Shown here piece after piece: positions 53,101 to 64,000 of a stretch of 64,000 nt of DNA. The number at the start of each line of letters is the position of its first letter. The first letter of the stretch is position 1. The translations under genes and the position numbers were made by a program. This DNA is from Mytilus californianus (taxonomy: Eukaryota), in assembly GCF_021869535.1 (NCBI RefSeq), contig NW_026262690.1, forward strand, positions 47,492,001 to 47,556,000, in the 5' to 3' direction. The notes below the pieces were generated by a model that had not been told where the DNA came from, made no database searches, and was given only the letters and a program-made list of their open reading frames with translations.

Positions 53101-56100
53101 CATATCAACCAACAGAAGGCATATTCCCGACTTAGTACAGACATTTTCAGAAGAACATGGCGGGTTACACGTGTTTTTATAGCTAGCTTAACCTACCAAG
53201 TGTACGACAGTTGTTTCCAGTAGTCAGCACTTCTGTGTTGACATGACATATCGTTGATGTGGTCATATTTATGACTTAACTGTAACAGTTAAGTCATAAA
53301 TATGACCATATCAATGATATGTCATGTTGTTCGAATTACTGAAATTATTTTCTACCCCAGGAATATAGTACCTTCAAGTTGGCTGTATTTGGCAAGACTT
53401 ACAGAATATATGTAAGAGATTACTATATTTTTATTTCTGTAGAATACGTCATCAACCAAGTCAGTAGTACTAAAAGTGCAAACCTATGAACTTTAGTTAA
53501 ATGAATGTGAATTTGAAGATGACCCTAAACATGCCAATAATATACTTAGCAAGAACACAATATGGACATGCGACCGCGTGTGGAGCCTGTATTTAATGAA
53601 AGAAAAGATGGCAGCTATCAAGTACCATAAGGCTAGGGAAGGCATACAACGCCATGGTAAAAATAGGCGGACCACATAGCAAACTAAAGATTGAACAAAA
53701 CGAACCCTGCCAAAACCGGAAATAAACTTAGTGGTCACGGAATGGCCAACTTAAGTCATATTCTCCTTTCCATACGTATGTCTTATCGTCGAATGTGATT
53801 TACTAGTATTACCGATAAACTTGCCCAATCTTTATTTTTGTGCAGTTTTTTTTCAGTTGTTGTTTTGTTTTCTTTTAGTCATTGAGTGTTCTTTCGTCCT
53901 TCCTAGCTTAAGACGTTTGATTACCCCGTTGGTATCTTTTCTGTTCCGCTCCACAAAAGTTGACCACAGGAGGTTAAGTCTATTCTATGAAGCCACTTTT
54001 GATATATTGCTCCAAATGAATTTAAACGTCTTCGACCTTCAAAACAGTTTGCCTTCGTCGTTGTTAATGAAAGTAATTCAAGTAAAGCATGCAAAATAAA
54101 TAAAGCGTGTTCAAGATTCACTACTACAGATTCAATACAATAAGTCTCGGGAATATCCCCCTTGTAGACATAGTTTCAGTACTGAAAATTATTACTTTAA
54201 ATTTTTCCTCGATAGGTCGATAGATGATCATTTCTTGAATGACCTTCATCAGAATGTTTGTGCATCCAAAAATGTATCAGAAAGGCATGGTGATCCCAAA
54301 AGGCCGAGGGGGTTGAAAATGAATAGCAAAACCAATCTGAAGTCTACTATGTCTATGGAAAGAGCTGTTAAAGCTTTAGTACGATATTCAACCTTTTAAC
54401 ACTGGACCAAACTATTAACCAACTAGCATGTCGATCGTCAAAAGATTGTAAAAGATGGCAGCTTCATTATTGTATCTTTACAAAAAATAAAGATTGTTTG
54501 TTGTCACTCCGAAATTATGTGCTTTACCTTCTCGTTCATGCTCAGGCAGTCTAGACGCCTAAAATAAAAATAAAGAAAGATTTAAAGAACATCATATTTA
54601 GCGATACATTTGTGAAATTGTACATTATTTGATTCAAAACGTTCTTTTCGTTTTAAAAAATTATGATTAACAACGATAATGAATGTGTGATGAATTTTAA
54701 ATATTAATTCATTTTTGTCCAGAACTCCTTTTCAATGTGTTTATACTACACCATGGAGTTTCTATACAATGACAATATATGATTAAGGATATTCGCTTCT
54801 AATGTGACATATGTAAATGATAAAAATGATAAAACATGAACAGTAGAGAATCAAATATAAAGTTTCCAACTTGACTGATATGTGACATTAAATAATTTCT
54901 TATCAGACTATGCCTTATGGGTAGTAAGATTTTTGCTTGGCATTGTCTTAAATTTGGCGGCGCAACGGGTTGGTAGATAATAAACTTGTTTCATGATTAA
55001 AACGATAGATGGAACATGCAAGCAGGATTTTTTACTCTTCAGGGAAACCATTCGAGTTCAGCCTGTTTTAGGTGATAATGCTATTTAATCTTCAATCGTT
55101 TTTATTTCTTATTAATTGTCCTTTGGGACCTCCAAACTCTTCTAATCTCATGTCAAATTAAAGACTCGTTGTCAATTTTTAGTTTTAACAACCCATGATA
55201 AAAAAAGGCGAAGGAACAAACAACAGTCTTGAAAACACTTCACATAATACTGATTATTAACTAACACGAACCCAACCAAAAACAATTGAACTCCGGAAGT
55301 ATGAACATTTCCAGCTCTACAAGTGACATCCGCCGGGTTACTTAAAATTCCCTTGATGAATATAGGCAACAGCAGTTTATCTATGTTCAAATTTCATGAT
55401 TCGACAAAGTAGATACAGATCAAAAGATAACAAACAAAACTGGGAATCGAATGAACTCCAACAAGAAGCGAGGCGGGATGCGTCGAGAAGGTAAACACTG
55501 CCTGATATGCAAGAATCACCTGGTATGCAAATCCACATTCAATCAAAATGTCACAATCGGGAATAGGATAAAATGTAAATTTACAGATCAAATGACTTTT
55601 CTGGTACCTAAAGTTTCTAGACCACGAAAACATGTCACGATTGAGTTCAGATACAGACACGTCGTATCGGCTGATCAAACCAAAAAGACCGAAGACAGAA
55701 AGCCAAACCTAGACAAGGAATCAGATCTATGCATGATGGAGATGCATTCTTTAATTTAAAGTTATATAGAAATTTGATAACAGCAATTTAAATAAAACAA
55801 TATCCTTAAAACTAATGCAGGTCTAGATCAGTCGTTTTTGCTCATAACTCTGTGAAGTAGCTTTTGTGTAAGGAGCACACCCCTGTCAATGAATTCTGTA
55901 TATATTAAACATAGACGATATGTAAACCCCATACGATGGGGCAAAGGGTTTGTTTTTTGAGAAATGAGAAGTTGACAATTGGAAATCATCACGTTTGTCA
56001 TAGATTCTAGTTCTGTATAAATATGGAGGAAGAGATCGAAGTATGAATTGTAGAAAAGAAAGACCCTCTAGTTTCGGACGTATCTTTAATATCAATTTCA

Positions 56101-58141
56101 CTGGGATATATGAGATACATGCACTCACTGAAAATTTGTTTATTGAGTGACAGAACATCGTCAATATATCTGAAAATGGAACTAATTTTGTATCAACAAT
56201 TCCCATTTTTGTAGAAAAAGATCTGTGTAATGAGACGTTGTAGTCGATCTTCCAACTGAGCATGGGGAGTAGTAATGTAAAGCATAAAAGAAGTATTGAC
56301 AGTACTGAATCAAAGTACTGAAGTACTGAACATCGGATGACCGCAAGTTCTTGTGGATGGTCACAAGCACTTGTCTCAGAAAACAAAATCATATCTCTAT
56401 ACCAGAAAGTGAGGTTAAGGTACATAGATATATTTTTTTCTGAGACAAGTTCGTGCGTGGATGATGAATAAATGACAGGGAATTCAACCTCACTGTAATA
56501 ACTATTATATTGTAGTGATACAAATCAGTATACTCTGGTTTGTTGTTATATATTATATTAATATTTGTATATAACAGTTTCATGTACATATAATTTTCAT
56601 TCATTTGTATATCATTCTATTCTACTATTCTAATTATAGTGCAGTTGCAAGTGCATGATGGACACTCTTCTGTAATAATTCGATTTTTCTAATAGATTGG
56701 ATTTGAATAGGCATTCATATTTTCCCGCAAAACGTTCTTGAGATATTCTTCCGCATGCGTTAACACAAATTTTCGGTATTCTTGATTTGTTATTGATATA
56801 TATATTTCTCACGACAAAACATTTTCATATCATTTATCTATGTTCTGAAAAATTATTTTCATGAATATTTATTGATGAAATTGATATCTAACAAGCGATT
56901 AGGAATGTTATTTTGCGTTCGGTTATCAGTCAAAAACGAAAGTCACGTGAGTAGAAATGTCTGTGGCAACAATACACCGGAATGCCCTCACGGTCATCCG
57001 ATGTAAAAATTGTAAATATTGTGATTGAAGATTTTGTAGTAGATTTATAGAACTTTTAAGAATCCACATCTAATTGACACCGCTGATTGCATATACATCA
57101 TCACAATATTTCCGAATGCCATCTTTAATTGTAGAAAATTGTTGTAAGAACTTGACAGTGATGTTCAGTTGAACATCTTGACGAAACGAATATATATCGT
57201 TCTTTGTAAGGATATTTATGACAAGAATAAAAACGGAAGATTTTTATCGTCCTTTTTTATGTTAAAACCCAAGAAAAGAAAGACTGATTTGTGATTTTCA
57301 TATATCTCCTCCTTCGTGAATGGTATATGTTGGATTTCTAGTTTTGCTGTGAATTCCAATTTCTTCCGTTAGGCAGTTAAAATAAAGCATGATACAATAG
57401 TGAATTGGCTTATTATCTTGTCAACCCTATGACATCCCCATTTTCATAAACTATCGGTGTCTGTAAATTCTCCATCCATAAAACTTATCCGAATGTGAAA
57501 GTTTCAAATAAAATTCAGGTTCTAACTCCTTTACGTAAAGAATGGGATACTTGTCGTTTTCTTAAAATATCTTACCACATCTAAGACATCTTGCCACATA
57601 TTTGTTTGCAAAGGTTCATCCATAAATGCGCTGCTTATGTAATACAGTATAGTTTTCATAAATAAAAAAAACGAGAATGTATAAAATGGCACCTGTATTC
57701 AATTCATAATCAAAGATTTCTACATTTTTATACATGGATTTTTGAATATTTAGGACTGAGCTTTAATTATGAAGTTTAATCCAGAAATGAGCTCAAGACG
57801 TATACAATTTATGAAGTGATATATTCAATTTCTGGTTATTCTCAAACCATAACAAGTGGGCGAAAGTTTGAAATGAAACTAATAAAAGTTTCTCACTCCC
57901 TTACATAAATAATGGATACTAGTTTCAATTCTTTTTCATTTTCTCACAAATTTCATACATTTTTTAATTTCAAACACATTGCCATAAAATTATATAAAAT
58001 GTCTTTCAACTGTGTTTACAATTAGATGATGTATTTTAATATATTAGTTACCAATCAAAGTAACTAGTATTCAATGGTTAAGACCACATAACTATGTACA
58101 AAATCAGGAAAGAGGTAAAGCAAGAAATAATTCCTTACCAT
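50164..58141 (-). CDS. Calmodulin-like protein E (153 aa), paralog of D
   Basis: Minus-strand exons: ATG 58141-58139|gtaagg, 54558-54528 (31 nt), 52744-52601 (144), 51933-51682 (252) and 50195-50164; AATAAA at 50087-50082. MASRLPEHEREDIRSTFELFDADKSGALSREEIAKVVRNTGCNPTEKELEEMFKAIDTDGYGEVQFNQFLEYYAKHFYDPLRNEEQETREAFSMFDLNGDGYIDLHELKTVMTAMGDEKMSEADFREMIKEADVDFDGKVDYTEFTRLMNKKF*. The ATG exon is the least certain part. Confidence 0.87.
53241..53327. other. 87-bp near-perfect palindrome
   Basis: 43-bp arms (53241-53283 and 53285-53327) separated by one base, with two mismatches. Confidence 0.92.
55200..56240 (-). mobile_element. Old, degenerate Penelope-like (Naiad-type) element in gene E intron 1
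   Basis: Minus-strand frames give FRYIDDVLSLN (about 56170-56140), IYDKRDDF, APSYGVYIS, LLTQKLL and LISRYDVSVSELNRDMF, followed by the PLE-type 3' UTR (gtcacttgtagagc...gggttcgtgtt). Confidence 0.8.
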
Positions 58142-58633
58142 ATTTAGTGACTGAATGTAAACAATGAAAGTATAAGCAATCACAATTTGAAGTTAATATA
58201 AGTTGTTTTGATTTCAGACTTCAAACAAATATAAGTTTAGTGTGACTATTGTCATATGGTTCACTACCTTCAGAAAATATTCTATGGTTGTGAAAACAAG
58301 TGTTTAAATGTAAAAATGCACGAAAGACAAGAAGCGTACTGAACGGATTGTGTTACATGGGACTTTTAATATACATTAAATATTTCAAATGCTGTGCACA
58401 AAATGGAGATCTAAGTCCCCTTTGTCTTAAAAGTAAAACAATGAAGAAAAGACATACAAACGTGTTGGACTGCATGATTTCATACCAGCAAGTTTAATCT
58501 TTGAGATGGCATCAGTTTATACGAGCATTCTTTGGTTCTGTATTTTGTTTATCCCTGTTTTTTTGTACTTGTGTTTTTGTTACATATTTTACCGTTACTT
58601 AGAATAAAAGGCTTTTTATTGAAAGTCCTTTAA

Positions 58634-59316
58634 GGGGCATTAGCTGTCAAATTCATATTCACCGATTTGACTCAAATTCTCCTTTTTTGATTTATAACAT
58701 ACTAAAACATATATCCGAATTAAAAAAAGTCTAAAATAAACAATTAACAATGCATGGACTCGATTATATGAATCCGCATTTCGTGTATTTTTGTCTAGAC
58801 GTCATCTTATTAACGATCGAGATGACCTCCGAAGAATGTTGACGGTCATATAACCCGATATAAACATAAATATAAGTATAAATAGATAACGACCACGTGC
58901 AAATGGATCTTTCTAGGTCTGTTTGAATTTATATTGTAGGTTAAAAGTATGTTTATCGTCGTGTTTACCTGTATAAGAATGATTTTTTTTGTGTGGATCG
59001 AATCATTCAACCAAATGGTCCATCCTTAATTCACTTTCAATGTTGATATTATTTTCCTTTTAATACGTGACTACATGCGTAACCCATCTCCATCTAAGGG
59101 GTTAAATTGAAGGTCACAGGAATACGGATTTAATGAGGTCGAATTATTCACTTGCAAGTGAATAATTCATCACCGATGTTTCTTAGCTTATTTTGACAAA
59201 ATTGAACCAAACTTGCTGCTAAAAGCGAATTTTTATTTCACTATTTCACTTTCATTGATGATCGAACAAAAAAATTCATATTGTATTTTTTAATATATCT
59301 CGTAGCTAATGCCCCT
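58634..59316. mobile_element. Non-autonomous DNA transposon with TTAA target duplication (Kolobok-like)
   Basis: ttaa|ggggcattagct ... agctaatgcccct|ttaa; purine-purine start and pyrimidine-pyrimidine end. Confidence 0.75.
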
Positions 59317-60799
59317 TTAATGTGCATATTGTTAGTCCACTTATCTAAATTACAAGAGGGCTATATCTGAAAAAACTAGTTTAACACTGTCACAAATTCA
59401 TGTGCTTGTCCCATGTCAGAATACTTGTTAGTGGTTCTCTTTGTCATATGTTGATGCGGTTTTTTTTTCCTTTTGAGTAATTTGATGTTGCAGACAGATT
59501 TCCCATAGTTTCTGTAAGTTTTATTTTCTAGATTTTGGCCGAATACATGCTTGACTTAATGTATAGACAATTTTTCTATTGTCGAAAACATCATTTTGAT
59601 CTCTACATGACTTTAAATTCTATTATTGTGTTGCTGTAACATTAACATCTATACTGCAACTGTGCAACTATTTACGCAGTCAAATTGAATTGACCGTATG
59701 TTCATTTGTGAAAACAGTCGCTGACCATATATCGCCTTGTTTATGACGTTGACAATGCGTTTCCTTAGAGTTTTATTTATGAAGTCAATAAAGAATACAG
59801 GTTCGCAAAATTTTTACGCTTCAAAATTGGTCCCCTCCCCCCCAACTATTTCATTTGGTAATTTGTAAGAGCTATAGTTTAAAGAGAATATCAATACATT
59901 ACTCGAAATATAATTTTTTGGTAGTCAGCTCGAAATAAGAAAGAAATGATCGGAAGAGCCTCGCATTCTACCAGTTTCTAAGCCTTTTACAAATACATTT
60001 TATATTTTGAGACAATGTATAGTTATTCTATATACATCTCATATCTCAATTTTTAACCGAAAATGTTGACTTGGGTAAAGGCATATAATTATCTGGGCTT
60101 TCCCTTTCCGGCAGAAAAGCATAGTAAAATAATAAATCAGACCGTTGGTTTTCTCGTTTTTCTCGTTATAAATTTTGTCATGCCGGGCCGTTTATAGCTT
60201 ATTATACTGTAAGCTCATTCGCTTGGGTCGTAAGGTTACGTAAAATACAATGTAGTAACTTACATCTATTTCTCTGGTCGGTAGTTGTCTTATCTCCTTA
60301 TTTTTATGAAGGTGTGTCTGTTTAGCGGGGCGGAATGTTTAAATACTTTACCACGAGTTTGCGTATTTCTTCGCTGTTTATGATCTTGGCCGCTTCAATA
60401 TACATGTAGAGTAAGCATGTATGGATAAACATTCTGCAGAAAAATTGCAAGCCAAAAAATGGTAAAGGTTGAAAGACACATACTTATTCCTTCCTACTTA
60501 TCTGAAAATACTAGTTTCTGTAAATGTAAGAGATAAACTCAAATTATATTTAGAAGAAAGTAATTCAGTTCAGTAAAGTGAAATTATTGAAAACTTGAAT
60601 TAGCGAAGTTTGTAGTTTAAACTAGTTTGACAGCCATAGTGAAATGTATATTAGCGACCACGTTACTTTGATAAATGAATATAATACTTTATAAATTTCA
60701 TGCGTCCGAAGCGCCTTTCTAGATATACCTTCACCAGGATAAATTTATATCAGTGTTAAAACTTTTAAACAGCCGCAAATGATAAGTTGGCAGTTAAGT

Positions 60800-61020
60800 T
60801 TACCTCATATCTTAACATACATCTAGAAATTGACAATAAGTGTCGGTTGACAACAAACCTTCACGGCAAAAGACATGATTTCAGCTTCGCAGTTGTAAAC
60901 TTTCCATTTGTATGTAGCAACATTCCAGTAGTTATGGAGTATATATCTCAAAGCTGAAAAGATATTCCAGAGCTAGCATTTTCTAACACGATAAATATCA
61001 TCTTACAAGGAAGATTCACG
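60800..61020 (+). mobile_element. Degenerate Penelope-like RT fragment
   Basis: HLEIDNKCRLTTNLHGKRHDFSFAVVNFPFVCSNIP..YGVYIS, homologous to 63140-63290. Confidence 0.75.
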
Positions 61021-61539
61021 TAAACAGTGCTAGTACCAAATCCCGATAATGTCAGTCATGATATCGCCAATAGTTTCTCAGATGATTATTTTAAGAGATT
61101 TTTCCCTTAAATAACATTATAGATTTCTGAATAATAACATTACATATGAGATTTGTTTGCTTATATGTCTGTCGAAAAAGTCATTAACCAAGTCAGTAGT
61201 ACTTGACGTGCAAAAGATAAATTTTAGTTCAATGCACGTGTATTCGAAGATCATGAACCTCACCTGCAAGAGACCCATAATATATTTAACAGATTGAATA
61301 CATCTAAGATAAACGAAATAAATACTTTGAAAAGTGCAATCAATGCAACAGATATTATTAAGTAAATTTAGATACTGTTGAGTCCGATATTAAAAAAAAA
61401 CTGTTGTCAATGTGGAAAAAATCAAAATGTAATTAATTTATTCCTTTCAATTGTACTTTGGGACATTCCAACAAATATCATAATAAAGCCAGTTATTTCT
61501 TTTCACATTGAATGTCAAATTAAAGATTCGGTTGCAACA

Positions 61540-61871
61540 CCACGGCCAAAAAAGACGAATGGACAAACAACACTTCCCAAATTATAACACTACACTAAAT
61601 ATGGATTCTTGACTAACATGAAACTAACAAAAAGCAATGGAACTGCCGAAGGGTGGGCAGTTCCTGCTCTACAAGTGACACCCGCCGTGTTACTTCTGTT
61701 AAAATTTATGATTATAGGCAAAATTAGTTTACCGATGTTGAAATAAATCCATTAAGATACAGATCAATGTAACAAACACAAACAGGGGAATCGCACGAAC
61801 TTTGAAAGGAGCAAGAACGACTATTCTGGTATCTAAAATTTTAAGACCGCGAAAACATGTCGCTGGTGAGT
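61540..61871 (-). mobile_element. 3' part of an old Penelope-like element (continuation of 64000-63784)
   Basis: Minus strand LTSDMFSRS* then a 3' UTR paralogous to 55400-55650, with cgggtgtcacttgtagagcaggaactgc at about 61690-61650. Confidence 0.7.
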
Positions 61872-63783
61872 CCAAAGGTCCGAAATATCGTGAGCCTAAA
61901 TCCATCAATTGGAAATACAACTTCAAAATACTGATAGATTCAGTCGAGGATTATGCCAGGCAATGGGCTAAACGCGAGAAAAAAGACGTAGATACTCTTT
62001 CCGAATGGATTGAGGCTGTGAGGTCGTTGATACAAATCAGAATTAAGAAACTAAATGGGTCTATCAATACCCACGCTACGTCAATTTTTAAAGACCCAAA
62101 TGTTGCAAAACACTTGTCCTACCTCCATAACAAATATGTTGTTGTCCCCGCAGATAAAGCCCCAAACAACATCGTTTTTGTGTGTAAATATCATTACATA
62201 AACTGCTTTATAAATGAATTAGGTATTGACAATTCATTTGGAAACTCAACATATACCCCCACGACACTTACCAAAGAGGAAATCCTGGATAATCATAGGT
62301 CTGTTCTATGTTCCTTTGGAATTTCAACCAAAGATGAAGATCTGGATCTTCCATCACTGTATTGGATACCTAAACTACATAAGTGTCCTTTACAAACAAT
62401 GGTATATTGATGGGTCTTCCAAGTGCTCCACGAAACCTCTTTCTAAATTATTAACATCTATTTTATCAGCAATCAAAGCCGGGCTCCAAAGTTATTGTGA
62501 AACTGCCTATTCTAGAGGTGGCGTGAATCAGATGTTGATACTAAAAAATTCCAAAGATCTTTTAGAGTACATACAATCGAAGAATATCCCATCTTGCAAT
62601 AGTATTAAAACATTTGACTTTTCTACACTTTGCACAAGTATTCCCCATTCCAAACTTAAAGACAAATTGAAAGAGTTGGTATTACTTTGTTTCATTAAAA
62701 AGAATGGCGAACGTAGATACAAGTATCTTGTCTTGGGGAGGGATAAATCCTACTTTGTAAAGAATCACTCTGATTCAAACAAAAAATTCTCTGAAACTGA
62801 CATTATCAAGATGCTTGATTTCTTCATTGACAACATATTTGTTCCGTTTGGAGGACGTATTTTTCAACAGACTGTCGGAATTCCAATGGAAACCAATTGT
62901 GCCCCTCTTCTTGCCGACTTGTTTCTTTATTATTATGAGGCCGACTTCATACAGGAACTTCTAAGGAAGAAAGATAAGAAGTTAGCAATATCCTTTAACT
63001 TTACGTTCCGCTATATAGATGATGTTCTCTCAATAAATAATACAAAATTTGGTGACTATGTTGAACGAATCTATCCCATCGAACTAGAGATAAAGGATAC
63101 TACAGATACAGTTAAGTCTGCCTCATATCTTGACTTACATCTAGAAATTGACAATGAGGGTCGGTTGAAAACAAAACTTTACGACAAAAGAGATGATTTC
63201 AGCTTCCCAATTGTGAACTTTCCATTTCTATGTAGCAACATTCCAGCAGCGCCTGCATACGGAGTATATATCTCCCAGTTGATACGATATTCCCGGGCTT
63301 GTATTTCCTATCATGATTTCCTTGATAGAGGATTGCTGCTCACAAGGAAGCTATTAAACCAAGAGTTCCAAATGGTGAAGTTGAAATCATCCCTTCGTAA
63401 ATTTTACGGACGCCATCACGAGTTGGTTGACCGTTATGGAATAACCGTTTCACAGATGATATCAGATATGTTCCTTATGTCGTAACTTCAATACCCTCCC
63501 CTTTTCACGAATGTGACCTACCGAATTAGACTATTTACCGAATTTGTAATAACATAAGCAACACGACGGGTGCCACATGTGGAGCAGGATCTGCTTACCA
63601 TTCCGGAGCACCTGAGATCACCCCAGTTTTTGGTGGGGTTCGTGTTGCTTAGTCTTTAGTTTTCTATGTTGTGTCATCTGTACTATTATTTGTCTGTTTG
63701 TCTTTTTATTTTTGGCCTTGGCGTTGTCAGTTTGTTTTCGATCTGTGAGTTTGACTGTCCCTCTGGTATCTTTCGTCCCTCTT
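61872..63783 (+). mobile_element. 5'-truncated Penelope-like retroelement (Naiad-type, RT at the C-terminus), one frameshift
   Basis: KGPKYREP...VVPADKAPNN...YWIPKLHKCP, a +1 frameshift near 62388, then TFDFSTL, QQTVGIPMETNCAPLLADLFL, FRYIDDV, LYDKRDDF and PAYGVYISQLIRY, ending YGRHHELVDRYG..MFLMS* with no C-terminal GIY-YIG domain; PLE-type 3' UTR to 63783. The clade assignment is inference. Confidence 0.85.
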
Positions 63784-64000
63784 GAGACACAGACACCTCA
63801 TATCAGTCAACTAATTTGTGATGGTTACCGTACAACTTGTGTAGTGTCTATATCAGTCGTTTTCCTCATAACTCTGTAGGAGCAGTTTTTGTGTAAGGAG
63901 CATATCCATGTTCATTAAGTCCGTATAGTGTTAACATGCGCGAGCGTAACGATTAACTAAGATATGTTAACGCCAAATGATATCACACATTTATCATGGA
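63784..64000 (-). mobile_element. Old Penelope-like RT C-terminal fragment (runs off the window)
   Basis: Frameshifted GV.IS.LIRYARAC*HYTDL..MLLTQKLLLQ...LHKLYGNHHKLVD*YEVSVS on the minus strand. Confidence 0.75.

Noticed and set aside
55451-55759. 102-aa Cys/Lys-rich ORF on the plus strand
   Set aside because: It is antisense to the degenerate PLE RT end and 3' UTR inside gene E intron 1.
45615-58181. Shared motif GA(C/T)TGCTTATA upstream of the ATG exons of D (45615-45625) and E (58171-58181)
   Set aside because: Only 11 bp, at different distances from the ATG (98 and 30 nt), in AT-rich DNA; not distinguishable from chance without more orthologs.
61729-61926. Apparent paralogous GPI or transmembrane tail exons (AIPLFVFVTLICIL here and SIPSFVCYLLICIY at 55394-55480)
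   Set aside because: Both lie in the T-rich 3' UTRs of old minus-strand Penelope-like elements, directly after the RT stop; the hydrophobic translation reflects base composition.
61872-64000. Selenocysteine-encoding Naiad (described in clams and spiders)
   Set aside because: The young copy has no in-frame TGA once the single frameshift is corrected; TGA in the old copies fits CpG decay of CGA; no SECIS identified.

Overview
AT-rich eukaryotic genomic DNA with spliceosomal introns; the repeat families look like those of a bivalve, probably Mytilus (inference). The window holds the last five coding exons of an unc-79 gene (+; 5718-10209), followed by a tandem cluster of divergent calmodulin-like genes that all keep the calmodulin exon layout (ATG / 31-34 / 144 / 243-252 / 26-32 nt): gene A (+, 15304-25010, all four EF-hand loops degenerate), an extra N-lobe duplicate B (+, 30038-31690) that can splice in frame onto gene C (+, 32215-39581, four near-canonical EF hands) to give a six-EF-hand protein, and genes D (-, 41266-45517) and E (-, 50164-58141) with different EF-hand losses. 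Introns and intergenic DNA are full of mobile DNA: a 3.5-kb TIR-bounded foldback-like element carrying a 9-bp satellite, other tandem arrays, MITEs, Helentron/HINE-like elements, LINE 3' remnants, a tRNA-derived SINE, minimal hammerhead ribozymes (one intact), an 87-bp near-perfect palindrome, and four Penelope-like (Naiad-type) RT copies, one nested in inverted orientation inside another. No CRISPR array, rRNA gene or true tRNA gene was found. Gene models were built by hand from splice sites and reading phase; none is verified by transcript data.
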